Below, in pieces: positions 27,007 through 37,944 of a stretch of 64,000 bases of DNA. Both the position numbers and the translations under genes were made by a program. The notes under the pieces are model-generated. The model saw nothing but the letters and a program-made list of their open reading frames with translations. It had not been told where the DNA came from and did no database searches. Each line of letters opens with the position of its first letter. Positions within the stretch are counted from its first letter, which is position 1. The stretch lies in sequence record OQ427096.1; one strand, written 5' to 3'.

Positions 27007-28772
27007 AAAACTTGCCTGTCCAGTCGCTTCAATTTGAAGACATCAAGACTAACTTCAAGGAATTCTTGAAGGGAAACGATCGATACTCTGACTTCAACTT
27101 TGAAGCCTCAGGTATCAGCACGCTGCTCAACGTCGCGTCTTACCAAACTCACTACATTGGCTTCTTCGTCAAGATGCTCCTTGATGAAGCGTTTATCGAC
27201 TCGGCTCACACCCGTCAGGCAATGCTTAGCCATGCTAAGAAGTCCTCATACGTTCCAAAGGGTAAGCAATCTGCGAAGGCTGAGGTTGTTCTCACGCTAA
27301 CCGTTGGAACAAACAATGAGCCTCTGAGCCGCAACTATCCGATTGAACGTGGTGCTACTTTCAAGGCCACAAACGATACACAGGACCAGCGCATCTTCAC
27401 GGTGCTTGATGGTTCTACTATCTACAATCGCTCGGTTACCGGTTCGACTGCTACATATACATCGGCTCCTCTCCGAATCTATGAAGGCCAATTCCGCTCC
27501 TGGAACTTCGTAGTTGATACGAGCGTTCAGAACCAGCGTTTCATCCTAAAGGACGAGATGGCTGACGTCGATACTTTCCGTGTGCGCGTGAAGGAGAATG
27601 CATCGTCGACAGTGTTTGAAGAGTACACCATTGCATCTGACGTGCTTGATCTTGATCCGACATCCAAGGTGTTCTTTGTCTCTACAGACGAGAACGGTTA
27701 TTATCAGATCTTCTTCGGTAACGGCGTCTTTGGTGTTCAGCCTGAAAACGGCAACGCAGTTGAGCTGAGCTACATCAGCACAAACGGCGAGTCTGGTAAC
27801 GGTGCTAAGGCATTCACCTACCAGAACGATATTCAGAATGTCGTCTCGACGGTAACGACCAATTCGGTTTCTGCTGGTGGTATGGAACCACAGACGATTG
27901 AGGAACTTCGATTCGCTATTCCGAACGCCAACAAGCGTCAGAATCGAATCGTCATCTCGTCTGACTATCGTAGCATCCTCCTTGACAAGTTCCGCAACGT
28001 CGATTCGCTCAACGTCTGGGGCGGCGAAGAGAATGTGATCCGCGACTACGGTAAAGTCTATATGTCCATCAAGCCTAAAAACTCGGACAAGCTGACTGCT
28101 CTTAGCCGCACGCAAATTCGTCAGGATATCGTCAAGAAGTATGGCGTGGTCGGTATGGACGTTGTGTTCGTTGATCCCGATTTCATCAACGTTGACCTGT
28201 CAATCACTGCTAAGCTTGATCTCCGTAAGACGACTCGCTCGCAGCCTGAACTATTCAACCTTATCCTTGAGCGTGTCAAGGAGTACAACGAGACCTACCT
28301 GTCCAAGTTTGATAGCATCCTTTCCGACGTCGATCTCCTGTCTTACATCCGACAGGGTGAGCCTGCCATTGTTTCGATTTACTCTTCAAAGATTCTGTCT
28401 AAGGATCATCAGCACCTCCACAACTCCACTGCCTCGAACAATGTGGTGTTTGGTAACCGACTGGTCAAGGGAACAATCGAATCAGGTGTGATCACCTATG
28501 GCACTGAGACTGTCAAGTTGATTGATGACGGTGCAGGTGTTCTTAAGTTGGTTCGAGTCTCTGATAGTTCAGTGATTGTAGCTAAATCAGGATCGGTTGA
28601 CTACACCGGAGGAGTCGTAACCTATGCACTGCCTCAGGCTGCTAAGGTTGCTGGCTATGAGACAAGTACATCAGGTGTTCTTGAGTTCCGTGCAGTCCCT
28701 TCGGTTCCAGACATCAACACCAACATGAACAACATCGTTCGTATCGAAACCACTAAGGTAGCCGCTGGATGA
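27003..28772 (+). CDS. gp6: Baseplate wedge gp6
   Basis: LxFEDIK.NFK.FL......DFNFE.SG.S.LL...Y.THY; Q.R.V...DY; VWGGE......YGKV. Confidence 0.9.
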   Translation: MKNLPVQSLQFEDIKTNFKEFLKGNDRYSDFNFEASGISTLLNVASYQTHYIGFFVKMLLDEAFIDSAHTRQAMLSHAKKSSYVPKGKQSAKAEVVLTLTVGTNNEPLSRNYPIERGATFKATNDTQDQRIFTVLDGSTIYNRSVTGSTATYTSAPLRIYEGQFRSWNFVVDTSVQNQRFILKDEMADVDTFRVRVKENASSTVFEEYTIASDVLDLDPTSKVFFVSTDENGYYQIFFGNGVFGVQPENGNAVELSYISTNGESGNGAKAFTYQNDIQNVVSTVTTNSVSAGGMEPQTIEELRFAIPNANKRQNRIVISSDYRSILLDKFRNVDSLNVWGGEENVIRDYGKVYMSIKPKNSDKLTALSRTQIRQDIVKKYGVVGMDVVFVDPDFINVDLSITAKLDLRKTTRSQPELFNLILERVKEYNETYLSKFDSILSDVDLLSYIRQGEPAIVSIYSSKILSKDHQHLHNSTASNNVVFGNRLVKGTIESGVITYGTETVKLIDDGAGVLKLVRVSDSSVIVAKSGSVDYTGGVVTYALPQAAKVAGYETSTSGVLEFRAVPSVPDINTNMNNIVRIETTKVAAG

Positions 28773-30265
28773 GCACACTAATCCCAGTACTCGCGCATAA
28801 GCTTCCAGAGTTTGTGCGTGAAGACTATCCTAATTTCGTACAATATGTGCGAGACTATCTGGCCTGGATGGAACAGGACGACAACTTCTTGGGCATCATT
28901 AATGCCTGGAAGGAAAACATGGAGCCTTCGCGTCAAGTCGAGCCTTACATTGATGCAATGCTCACTGACCTCGGGTTCGTCTCAGGTCAGAACCTCGCTG
29001 TAGACAAGAACCTGTTGATCCATCTGTTGCAGGACTTCTATCTCAGCCGTGGTACTGAGGCATCGTTCCGATTTCTTTTCCGAATGCTGTTCAATGCCGA
29101 CGTTGAGATTCGCTACCCGCGAGAGCAGATGCTCGTTCCGTCATTCGCTGAGTATGGTGAGCGTCATTTCATCTTCACCACAGCGAACAACATCAACATG
29201 CTTGACTTCCAAGACCTCGTACTCTATGTGCGTGAGAATGGTGGTACGTTGACAGGGCTGACGACTAAGGTAAAGGCTTCGATTGAGAACATTCAGATCG
29301 TCCATGGCTCAGGAACACCATATTTCCGAATTGAGATCCTCCGCCCGACATTTGAATTTCTTGTCGGTGAAGCTGTCACAATCATCTCGGGCGACTACGC
29401 TATCACGGAGTTTGTGAAGCCTGTTCTCGCAATTGAAATGAACACTCCTGGGTCTGGCTACAAAGCAGGTGAAGTGATCCAGATCACTGGCGCCAAACTC
29501 AATGGTAACGCATTCATCGAGAGTACTCGCAAGGGCGGTGTAAGTAATATCCAGATCGTATCATCAGGCGCCAACTACTCTGTAGGCGATCTAATTGTTG
29601 CTCGTTCTGATGATGACGGTTTCGGTTTCTCTGCTTCGGTCACACAAGTCGATGCTCAAGGTGGCATCACAGGGTATAAGGTAATCAATGAAGGCTACAA
29701 CTACGCAACACTTCCTAATCTTTATGCTCAGAGTACTGTCCCAGCGAGCCTTAAGGCGTCGGGTGGTAACGTGGGTGCGATCCAAACTGTCAAAATGGAA
29801 AACCCATTTGTAGACTTTGACACCACCGATATCTCTATCGTAAGCGCTGAAGGAACTGGTGGTACATTGACAGCTAAGGCTGTCAGCCGTTGGGAGACTC
29901 GCGAATGGACTGACCGAAAAGGCTTCCTTGCAGAGAGCTCAACCCTGATTGACTCTGACCGTGTGCAGCAGTTCTCATACACCATCGTTAGCCCAATCTC
30001 ATCAAGCCTTTACGACAGCTTTGTTGCAGACTATCTACATCCAGTCGGATTTGTTCGTTCAAGTTCCTACGAGATTGTTTCTAACCTTGGCTTAAATATC
30101 ACAAGTGGAACGCCTGCAATTGGTACTGAGACTCCAATCGTGTATCCGGCAGTTCTAAATCTCACGTTTGTGTCTGAGTACGATTCGTTCGAGACCATCA
30201 CACTCGTAACAGACACCGGTGACGAATTCGGCACCAACCTATTTGAACCAATCCTAATTGATTGA
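28769..30265 (+). CDS. Baseplate wedge protein, gp7-like
   Basis: LPEFVREDYP.FV.....Y..W, FY..RGTE.SF.FLFR.LFN, IQDS-like IDSDR.QQFSY and HPVGF motifs; downstream of gp6. Confidence 0.65.
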   Translation: MSTLIPVLAHKLPEFVREDYPNFVQYVRDYLAWMEQDDNFLGIINAWKENMEPSRQVEPYIDAMLTDLGFVSGQNLAVDKNLLIHLLQDFYLSRGTEASFRFLFRMLFNADVEIRYPREQMLVPSFAEYGERHFIFTTANNINMLDFQDLVLYVRENGGTLTGLTTKVKASIENIQIVHGSGTPYFRIEILRPTFEFLVGEAVTIISGDYAITEFVKPVLAIEMNTPGSGYKAGEVIQITGAKLNGNAFIESTRKGGVSNIQIVSSGANYSVGDLIVARSDDDGFGFSASVTQVDAQGGITGYKVINEGYNYATLPNLYAQSTVPASLKASGGNVGAIQTVKMENPFVDFDTTDISIVSAEGTGGTLTAKAVSRWETREWTDRKGFLAESSTLIDSDRVQQFSYTIVSPISSSLYDSFVADYLHPVGFVRSSSYEIVSNLGLNITSGTPAIGTETPIVYPAVLNLTFVSEYDSFETITLVTDTGDEFGTNLFEPILID

Positions 30266-30276
30266 GGATCTAAGAA

Positions 30277-31800
30277 ATGGCTTACAGCTTCACGCCTTCT
30301 ATCAAACCATATGTGATCTCCAGCTTGTACGAGGCCATGAAGTCTGCTCGCCCTTCGGCTAGAACTCCTTCGACTTCCTACTCGCTTGGTGCACAGGTTT
30401 CCAACGGAAATAACCGCTACATCTGCATGCAGGAAGGTGTCACAGGTGCAGGTAACGGTCCTTCCAACACCACTGGTGCGGTCTATGACGGCACGGTTCG
30501 CTGGCTCGCCCTTGGCGCAGACAATGTCCAGGATGGCGACGTCATCTCTAACCTCTACCTTGGCGTAGGCAAGCAGACAGAATGGGCTAACCCTTCTACT
30601 CCTGACGCACCAGACACATCTTTGACTGGACAGAATGAGGCACTTGATGACCTCACTGCTCTTATCAAGATTGACTCTTCCAACCTGCGACTTGGTCTGA
30701 AGAACAACACCTGGACCACTGGCACAATCTACTCGCAGTATGATCCTGATGTGGTTACCTACGCTACTCCGAATTATGCTATCGTTGGCGGCACCTATGT
30801 CTACAAGTGCCTCGATAACAACAACGGTATCGCATCTACTGACGCACCAACTGGCACAAGCACTTCTCTGATCGAGACTGCGGATGGCTATATTTGGAAG
30901 TATGTCGGTTCGGTATCAGGCCCTGAGATGTTCACTTTTGGTACGACCGAATTCGTTCCTGCTCCTACCGAAGTCAATGTTACAACAGTGCAGGGCGAGA
31001 TCTCGTCGTTCACTGATATGGTATCCACTTCAACTCCGTTTGCTTCGGCTGATACGATTCGCGTTGTAGTACAGGGTAACGGTACAGGTGCATCAGGTGC
31101 CGCACGTTCAACAACTTCGGGTGCATCAAAGACTTTGACTGGTCTGTATGCAACCGCAGGCGGTTCTAACTACACCGAAGCCTATGCGATTGCATATAAG
31201 GATGGTACTCCGGGAACAGGTGCAACGCTGGCTGCGACAATTGATGCAGGCAAAATTGATACTCTGACCGTTAGCTCCCCAGGTTCGGCTTACACTTCTG
31301 CATCAGTGGTTATCATCGGTGACGGCACTGGCGCTGAAGCAACTGTCGTTGTTTCCTCAGGCATTATCACAGCAGTCAACATCACTGAGGAAGGTAGCGG
31401 TTACACCTGGGCAAAGGCATTCATCATCCCAGGTACGGCTGGTGGTGTTGCTAAGGCAAACCTGTCGCCCCCGGGTGGTCATGGTTCCAACCTCGACACT
31501 GAGCTTGGTATCGCATCCGTTCTGGTTTCGGCGCGTCTTTCGGCAAGCCTGTCTAACTACATCCCAACCGAGCCATCTGACACCGACGGTTCGTTCCGTC
31601 AGGTAACTCTGGTATCAGGTGTTCGTGGTACGACAAAGAATGCGCTTGCCTATGTTGGTCCATCACACCCGGATTATGTATCTGGATCGCAGGCTAAATA
31701 TCTCAAAGGCAGCGGCTTTGTTCTATACATGAACAACATCGTAGCTATCGAACACACTTCCTCTCAGGAAGAAGTGATCAAGATCTCAATTTCGCTTTAA
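30277..31800 (+). CDS. gp8: Baseplate wedge gp8
   Basis: LYLGVGK..EW, W..GT.Y.QY, VYKCLDN......ST..P and ET.DGYIWKY motifs; C-terminal EEVIKI.I. Confidence 0.8.
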   Translation: MAYSFTPSIKPYVISSLYEAMKSARPSARTPSTSYSLGAQVSNGNNRYICMQEGVTGAGNGPSNTTGAVYDGTVRWLALGADNVQDGDVISNLYLGVGKQTEWANPSTPDAPDTSLTGQNEALDDLTALIKIDSSNLRLGLKNNTWTTGTIYSQYDPDVVTYATPNYAIVGGTYVYKCLDNNNGIASTDAPTGTSTSLIETADGYIWKYVGSVSGPEMFTFGTTEFVPAPTEVNVTTVQGEISSFTDMVSTSTPFASADTIRVVVQGNGTGASGAARSTTSGASKTLTGLYATAGGSNYTEAYAIAYKDGTPGTGATLAATIDAGKIDTLTVSSPGSAYTSASVVIIGDGTGAEATVVVSSGIITAVNITEEGSGYTWAKAFIIPGTAGGVAKANLSPPGGHGSNLDTELGIASVLVSARLSASLSNYIPTEPSDTDGSFRQVTLVSGVRGTTKNALAYVGPSHPDYVSGSQAKYLKGSGFVLYMNNIVAIEHTSSQEEVIKISISL

Positions 31801-31808
31801 GGTAACCA

Positions 31809-34800
31809 ATGGGCAAGCTTGACCTAAATCGTGCTCCGTACTTCGACGACTTCGAGCCGAAGAAAAACTTCATGAAGGTCCTGTATCAGCCTGGGCGTCC
31901 TGTTCAGGCTCGAGAACTGAATCAGGTACAGAGTATCTTCCAACACCAGATTGAATCCTTCGCGAACCATATTTTCAAGAATGGTTCCAAGGTAAGCAAT
32001 GCGCGCACCTCCTTGCAGTCGAAGGCTTATGTCCGACTGACCGGAACGCCTGTTGTGTCCACCTATCCTGAGAACACTCGCCTTCTTGGTGAGACCTCAG
32101 GAATCACCGCGACTCTTGTTCGTGGCGTAGACGTTGAAGGCGACGATCCAGCTACTCTGTATGTGGTCTATACCGGAACCGCAATTGACGGTGAGACCTC
32201 TGTATTCATCCCGGGTGAGAACATCCGTATCCTTGACGTGAACAGCGTTGAAGTCGGAACTGTCACTGTACGCTGCCCATCTTGCCCAGGTTCCGGTTTG
32301 AACGACACTCTGCCTCCAACAGGCTGGGGTCAGTTCTTCACTGTAGACGAAGGCATCTTCTACTTCGAGGGCATGTTCCTCGATACAACTCGCCAAGACA
32401 TCATCGTGGTCAAGTACCTCGAGAAGAATGTCAGTGGCGATATCGTAAACTTTACTCCTTGCAAGCTTGGTCTGGACTTTGTTCAGAACATCGTCACCTA
32501 TCAGGACGACAACTCGCTTCTTGACCCATCCCTTGGTTATCCAAATAGCACTGCTCCGGGTGCAGATCGTTACCAGGCTAAGCTCGTACTGACCAAGCGC
32601 AGCTACAACTTTGAGGATGGTGAAAACTTCATTCCTCTGTGCCGCCTTGGCCCAGGTATGACTGTTGAGTTCATGAAGACTGACTCTGAGTATGCTGACC
32701 TGATGGATACCATCGCGAAGCGTACCTATGAGACAAACGGTGACTACACCATCCGCCCATTCAAGGTCTCCTTCTTCAACGCTAAGAAGTCCACAGCCGC
32801 TGACTCGCTCGGCTGGTCTGTTGACGGCGATGAAGATTCGCTGGTCTCGGTCGTCACTCCATCCGTTGCATACGTCAAGGGTTATCGTGTAGAGACAATC
32901 TCGGATACTCCGGTCGTCTTCAAGAAGGCACGTGATACGAACAAGATGTCATCGTTCGTCAAGCACTTCGATGGTCGCAGCTATATCCTCGGCGTTCCTA
33001 AGGGCGCAGGTATCTGGGCTGGTGCGAACAACGCAGGTATGATGACCGATGCAACTGTCGTCATCTACGACCAACCAACCACAGGTAATGCTGCTGCAGG
33101 TACACCAATTGGTACCCTGAAGATCAGCGATGCTGCTTATGTCTCAGGTAACTTGACGACAAAGGAAGCCACCTACCGTTACTATGTCTACGACATTGCA
33201 ATGAACGCAGGTAAGAAGCTGTCTGACGCTCGATCCTTTGTGGTCGCAAGCTCTGGCTTCTACACCAATGCTGTAATTGATTCTGTCACTTCCTCTGTTG
33301 AGCTTTACAACGCGAACCAGACTGCTCTCATCTACAAGGTGGATCGTCAGGACGTCAAGTCGCTTCGTTCTTCGGATGATCCGCTTAACGGTGCAATGAA
33401 CGTTGTCATCCGCAGAAAGCTCAATGGTGTTGCTGACGGATCGGGTTCGGTGACCTTCACCACATCGGCTAACGAATACTTCGACAACGCTGGTTCGTCC
33501 ATGCTGGGTTGGTATGTTGCTGGTGGTGTAACGACTTCCTTCATCCCAGGTCCGCTAACCGCGTTCAGCCCAACTAGCATTACCGTAGCGCTCGGTTCAG
33601 GTGCCGCCGGTGCATCGGTATATGTGATCATCGACGTGTTGAAAACAAACCAGACAGAGCGCACGAAAACGCCTCAGAATCTGACTGTTACAACCAACAC
33701 TGCCCCTGACACTGCTATCGGTGCAGAAATTGTTCTTGGTGTGACCGACGCATATCGTCTGAAGAGTGTCAAGCTGTTTGTTGAAGGTTCGCCTGATACA
33801 CCGGTGGCAGACATCACTGACGAATACAAGATCAACTCTAACATCACTGACACCGCATATCGCGAGTCCAAGATTGTTCGTACCAAGGCTCCAAGCTTCT
33901 CGACGAACAACTCATACCGCCTTGCGATCAACTTCGATTATTTCGAGCACAGCGGTTCACAGGGCTTCTTCACTGTTGACTCCTATGCACCGGCACTTAA
34001 CGCTGACGACTCAGGAGTGACCTATGAGACTCTTGGTGGATACACTGCTTCGAGTGGTGTTGTTTATCCTCTGTCTGCTTCCATCGACTTCCGTCCAGAC
34101 ATCCTGGGAACAAACCCAGTAACATCTGTTCTGCCAGCCAATGAAAGCACTGCAATCTTCGACATTGAGTACTACCTCGCACGTACTGACCTCCTTCAGA
34201 TCAACAAGGACGGATTCATCTACGTAAAGAAGGGCGAGCCTTCGGATGATCCACGTCCTCCGAAGACTGACGATAACGCGATGGCACTCTATGAGATCTG
34301 GCTCTCGCCTTACACCTACTCGTTGAATGACGTTCGTACCAAGTTCATCGAGAACCGTCGCTACACAATGCGAGACATTGGTTCGCTCGAGAAGCGAATT
34401 GAGAATGTTGAATACTACACCACACTGTCTCTCCTTGAGAAGTCAGCACAGGACATGTCCATTAAGGACGCTAATGGCCTTGACCGATTCAAGAACGGTT
34501 TGATTGCAGACAACTTCTCTGACTTCCAGGCAGCTGATCTCACCAACACTGAGTTCAAGGCAGCAGCAGACCGCACCAAGGCTCAGCTGCGCCCAAGCTT
34601 CAAGTTGATGAACCGTAAGCTCGTGTTCAATGCAGCTAAGTCGTCAGGATTCCAGCTGTCAGGTAACATGGCACACCTACCGTTCACCGAGAGCGTTGCA
34701 GTTGAGCAGCCGTATGCTACTAAGCATCTGAGTGTCAACCCTTACCTGCAGTACAATCAGGAAGGTCAGATGGTAATGTCGCCAAACAACGACACCTGGT

Positions 34801-35057
34801 CCGATACAACGATGCTGCCTCAGCTCATCACCAACATCGACGCCAACGTTGAAGCGATCAAGACCATTGTTGAACAGACTCCGAACCCTGCACCAAATCC
34901 AGTTGTTGAAGAGAAGGTTCTTGCAGTTGACTGGGGTACGCACGTCGACCTCAATACTACTGTCCTAAATAAGGTAGAGACTAAACCAGTCACAGGCGGT
35001 GGTGGACGAGGTGGTTCGCCATGGCGTAACCTGAATGTCGCCACGCGCGCTAATTAA
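31809..35057 (+). CDS. VrlC/DUF4815-like baseplate protein, N-terminal part
   Basis: LNRAPYFDDF....NF.KVLY.PGRPVQARELNQVQS; APGADRY; NRRYTMRDIG.LEKRI..VEYYTTLSLLE; DRFKNG...DNF. Confidence 0.8.
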   Translation: MGKLDLNRAPYFDDFEPKKNFMKVLYQPGRPVQARELNQVQSIFQHQIESFANHIFKNGSKVSNARTSLQSKAYVRLTGTPVVSTYPENTRLLGETSGITATLVRGVDVEGDDPATLYVVYTGTAIDGETSVFIPGENIRILDVNSVEVGTVTVRCPSCPGSGLNDTLPPTGWGQFFTVDEGIFYFEGMFLDTTRQDIIVVKYLEKNVSGDIVNFTPCKLGLDFVQNIVTYQDDNSLLDPSLGYPNSTAPGADRYQAKLVLTKRSYNFEDGENFIPLCRLGPGMTVEFMKTDSEYADLMDTIAKRTYETNGDYTIRPFKVSFFNAKKSTAADSLGWSVDGDEDSLVSVVTPSVAYVKGYRVETISDTPVVFKKARDTNKMSSFVKHFDGRSYILGVPKGAGIWAGANNAGMMTDATVVIYDQPTTGNAAAGTPIGTLKISDAAYVSGNLTTKEATYRYYVYDIAMNAGKKLSDARSFVVASSGFYTNAVIDSVTSSVELYNANQTALIYKVDRQDVKSLRSSDDPLNGAMNVVIRRKLNGVADGSGSVTFTTSANEYFDNAGSSMLGWYVAGGVTTSFIPGPLTAFSPTSITVALGSGAAGASVYVIIDVLKTNQTERTKTPQNLTVTTNTAPDTAIGAEIVLGVTDAYRLKSVKLFVEGSPDTPVADITDEYKINSNITDTAYRESKIVRTKAPSFSTNNSYRLAINFDYFEHSGSQGFFTVDSYAPALNADDSGVTYETLGGYTASSGVVYPLSASIDFRPDILGTNPVTSVLPANESTAIFDIEYYLARTDLLQINKDGFIYVKKGEPSDDPRPPKTDDNAMALYEIWLSPYTYSLNDVRTKFIENRRYTMRDIGSLEKRIENVEYYTTLSLLEKSAQDMSIKDANGLDRFKNGLIADNFSDFQAADLTNTEFKAAADRTKAQLRPSFKLMNRKLVFNAAKSSGFQLSGNMAHLPFTESVAVEQPYATKHLSVNPYLQYNQEGQMVMSPNNDTWSDTTMLPQLITNIDANVEAIKTIVEQTPNPAPNPVVEEKVLAVDWGTHVDLNTTVLNKVETKPVTGGGGRGGSPWRNLNVATRAN

Positions 35058-35071
35058 TCACAAGGCTTGAA

Positions 35072-37603
35072 ATGGCAACTGTAGAATCAAGAACCGACAA
35101 ATACGATCTGGGCGACGTTGTAAAGGACGTCCAGATCGTTCCTTACATCCGTAGCCGAAGCGTTGAGTTTTATGCTACCAAGATGAAGCCAAACACGCGA
35201 GTCTACGCGTTCTTCGACGGTCAAGCCGTTTCGGAGTTCTGCCGAGACATTGGTTTCCAGCTTAGCGCTGCTAACGCTGGAACTGCCTCGCAGCTTGTTG
35301 AGTTTGGTTCACCTCTGATCACTGACGCTAACGGTGAGCTCCGCGGCGAGTTCAAAATCCCGGGCGGTCGATTCTTCACCGGTGAGAAGGAGTTTGTCCT
35401 TTCGGATGACCCAGGTCTCACTGGCGATGCAGATATGCAGACGACCAGTTCTAAGGCAGCCTACTTCGCTGGCGGTATCAACGTCACCAAGCAGAATGTC
35501 ACACTGAACGTCGTTTCGACAATCGTAATCCCTGAAACGGTTAACCCAGCACGCGCTGCCCCGGAACCTGCTCCGGCGCCTCCTGCACCAGATCCAGCTT
35601 GCCTTAGCCATCAGAAGAAGTATCACCCGACCAATTACCGTGAAATCTGCCAGTGTATCGCAGGCGGTGGCACGGCTGGTGCGTGTGGTGACCCGATCGC
35701 ACAGGCGTTCATTGTAGACAACGACATGTTCATCACGTCGATCGATCTGTTCTTCAAGCAGGTCGACCTGTTCAGTGATCGCGTGTTCGTACAAATCCGT
35801 GATATGGCAAACGGCTACCCAGGTACCACTGTCATTGCACAGAAGTACTACAGCCCAGACCAGATTCAGCCATTTGCATCTGATGATTCGAGTAAGGCAT
35901 TCAAGGTCGTATTCGATCAGCCAGTGTTCCTAGAGTCGAACACCCAGTACTGTTTCGTTGTTGGTGGTTACTCTCCAAACACTCGCCTATGGGTCTCTCG
36001 CCTTGGTGAGGAAGTGACAAACATGCCAGGCAAGATCGTTGAGCAGCAGACGACCACTGAGGTCAGCTTCCGTTCACTCAATGGTACGACTTGGAATGCA
36101 GAACAGTATGAACAGATCAAGTATCGTCTCTACAAGGCAAACTTCACTCCAGGTACGATGAACCTTGTGTTCGAGAATGCACATGAAGATGAAGAAGTTG
36201 TTCTTCCTGAGAATCCGTTCCAGACCCAGACAGGTCAGTCGCGCGTCCGTGTCTTCCTGCGTGACCACGGTCTGACCACTGGTGACCGTATCTCGATGAG
36301 CCTGACAAGTGATACACCGTTCACGATTAACGTTTCGGACTTCGTTCCGCAGGTTGGTCAGACGATGCACACCACGACCGGTAAGGGTATCATCTCAGAC
36401 ATCAAGTCAACTGCTACTGCCAATCAATATGAAGTAACACTCAAGGATATCTCCGGTGTGTTCACTGCAGGTCAGACCTACTCCTGCGATGCAAAGACTC
36501 GCGAGGTTCGTGACTGGTATCTGATTAGCTCCATCGACACCAAGAAGCCAGCCAGCTACACACTCAACCAGTGCTTCGGTACGGTTGTCACTAACTCGTA
36601 CGGCGCAAAGTATCCAGGTGGTACTATCGCAGGCATTCCTGTGTCCGAATTCAACACCGAGCACGTAACCGGTTCGCTGGGTCACTCGATTGTCGAAGTA
36701 TGCTCGGTTGACTCGTTCATCATCAACCTGACCACACCTGCTACGATGACTGGTCGTTTCGGCGGAAGCGGCATCACATGCTACAACGGTGGTGGTAAGT
36801 TTGACGTGTTCAACGTCTCAGGTGCGTACATGCCTTATCGTTCCTCTGAGAACTGGACACTCACAGGCGTTGGTCATGGTGACACTAGTAGCCTGTTTGA
36901 GGCAGCCAATTATCAGACTCAGGCTCCGGTATCGTTTGTTCCACAGGAAGATAAGTTCCTTGGTCAGCCACTGAAGATTGCGTCAGCAAACAACGAGCAG
37001 ATCATGCTCGGTACAGGTAACCGTTCGGTGACTGTCTCAGCTACGTTCAACTCAACGGATGCGACTAGCACTCCTATGGTCAACATGGACACCTTCTCGG
37101 CGATTTTGATCAGTAACCGTTCTGAGTGGCAAGAGAAGTCGAAGATGACTTCGATTCCATACGACGCTACCCAGCCTGTATGGCACGCTGAGGAAGAGAT
37201 CGTCAACGGTTCCGAGATCTACAAGTATGTCACTCGTACTGTCAACCTTGAGAACGCTGCAAACGACCTCTACCTGTATGTTGATGCCTACAAGGACCTA
37301 AACGCAGACTTCGATGTCTACTTCAAGGTTCTTCCGGTCTACGCTTCGGGTTCGATTGAGGCACGTCCTTGGATCAAGGCAAACGCACTGACCAAGTCTC
37401 GTTCTTCGGTTGACACATCTGATCTGGTAGAGTACAAGGTTGTCGCTTCTGAGCACTGCACCGCATACACTTCGGAAGGCGTCAACTATAGCGGCTGGGC
37501 AGAAGATCCGTTCACTGCATTCAAGATCAAGCTCGTTGGTCGTTCTAAGAACTCAGCCAAGCCTGTACTGTTTGAATCACTAAGAGCAATCGCAATCACA
37601 TAA
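35072..37603 (+). CDS. VrlC/DUF4815-like baseplate protein, C-terminal part
   Basis: VPYIRSR.V.F.....KPNTR.YAFFDG; DPIAQAF......FITSIDLFF; C-terminal F.AFKIKLVG.S.N.A.P. Confidence 0.75.
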   Translation: MATVESRTDKYDLGDVVKDVQIVPYIRSRSVEFYATKMKPNTRVYAFFDGQAVSEFCRDIGFQLSAANAGTASQLVEFGSPLITDANGELRGEFKIPGGRFFTGEKEFVLSDDPGLTGDADMQTTSSKAAYFAGGINVTKQNVTLNVVSTIVIPETVNPARAAPEPAPAPPAPDPACLSHQKKYHPTNYREICQCIAGGGTAGACGDPIAQAFIVDNDMFITSIDLFFKQVDLFSDRVFVQIRDMANGYPGTTVIAQKYYSPDQIQPFASDDSSKAFKVVFDQPVFLESNTQYCFVVGGYSPNTRLWVSRLGEEVTNMPGKIVEQQTTTEVSFRSLNGTTWNAEQYEQIKYRLYKANFTPGTMNLVFENAHEDEEVVLPENPFQTQTGQSRVRVFLRDHGLTTGDRISMSLTSDTPFTINVSDFVPQVGQTMHTTTGKGIISDIKSTATANQYEVTLKDISGVFTAGQTYSCDAKTREVRDWYLISSIDTKKPASYTLNQCFGTVVTNSYGAKYPGGTIAGIPVSEFNTEHVTGSLGHSIVEVCSVDSFIINLTTPATMTGRFGGSGITCYNGGGKFDVFNVSGAYMPYRSSENWTLTGVGHGDTSSLFEAANYQTQAPVSFVPQEDKFLGQPLKIASANNEQIMLGTGNRSVTVSATFNSTDATSTPMVNMDTFSAILISNRSEWQEKSKMTSIPYDATQPVWHAEEEIVNGSEIYKYVTRTVNLENAANDLYLYVDAYKDLNADFDVYFKVLPVYASGSIEARPWIKANALTKSRSSVDTSDLVEYKVVASEHCTAYTSEGVNYSGWAEDPFTAFKIKLVGRSKNSAKPVLFESLRAIAIT

Positions 37604-37803
37604 TGGACGCAAAAGTCAGAGACTATCCAGACCTTATCAAGCGCGGAGGCGGCGTGGTTAACACCAATCACGACGAGTACCTCCGCGCTAAGGCTCGTTT
37701 GAAACAAGCAAAGCGCATCGACAATCTAGAGAGCGAGGTAAGGGGGCTTCACTCAAAACTAGACATCCTGATTGGACTACTCCAGCATGATCAATCTAAA
37801 TGA
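37603..37803 (+). CDS. Small conserved protein upstream of neck gene
   Basis: V..YPDL.K....VVNTN..EY....coiled coil. I recall similar small ORFs at this position in T4-like phages. Confidence 0.6.
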   Translation: MDAKVRDYPDLIKRGGGVVNTNHDEYLRAKARLKQAKRIDNLESEVRGLHSKLDILIGLLQHDQSK

Positions 37804-37944
37804 CATCTCCCTTCGTCTAATGTCGTATCAGGCAACTGTGCGACAAACGATTACCGCCGTTCAGCAACAGCAGTGCAGTTCTGACTTCATTGACCGTGTC
37901 AGCATTGCCCTAAATAATATCGAAAATCCGTCCAGGAACGAAAC

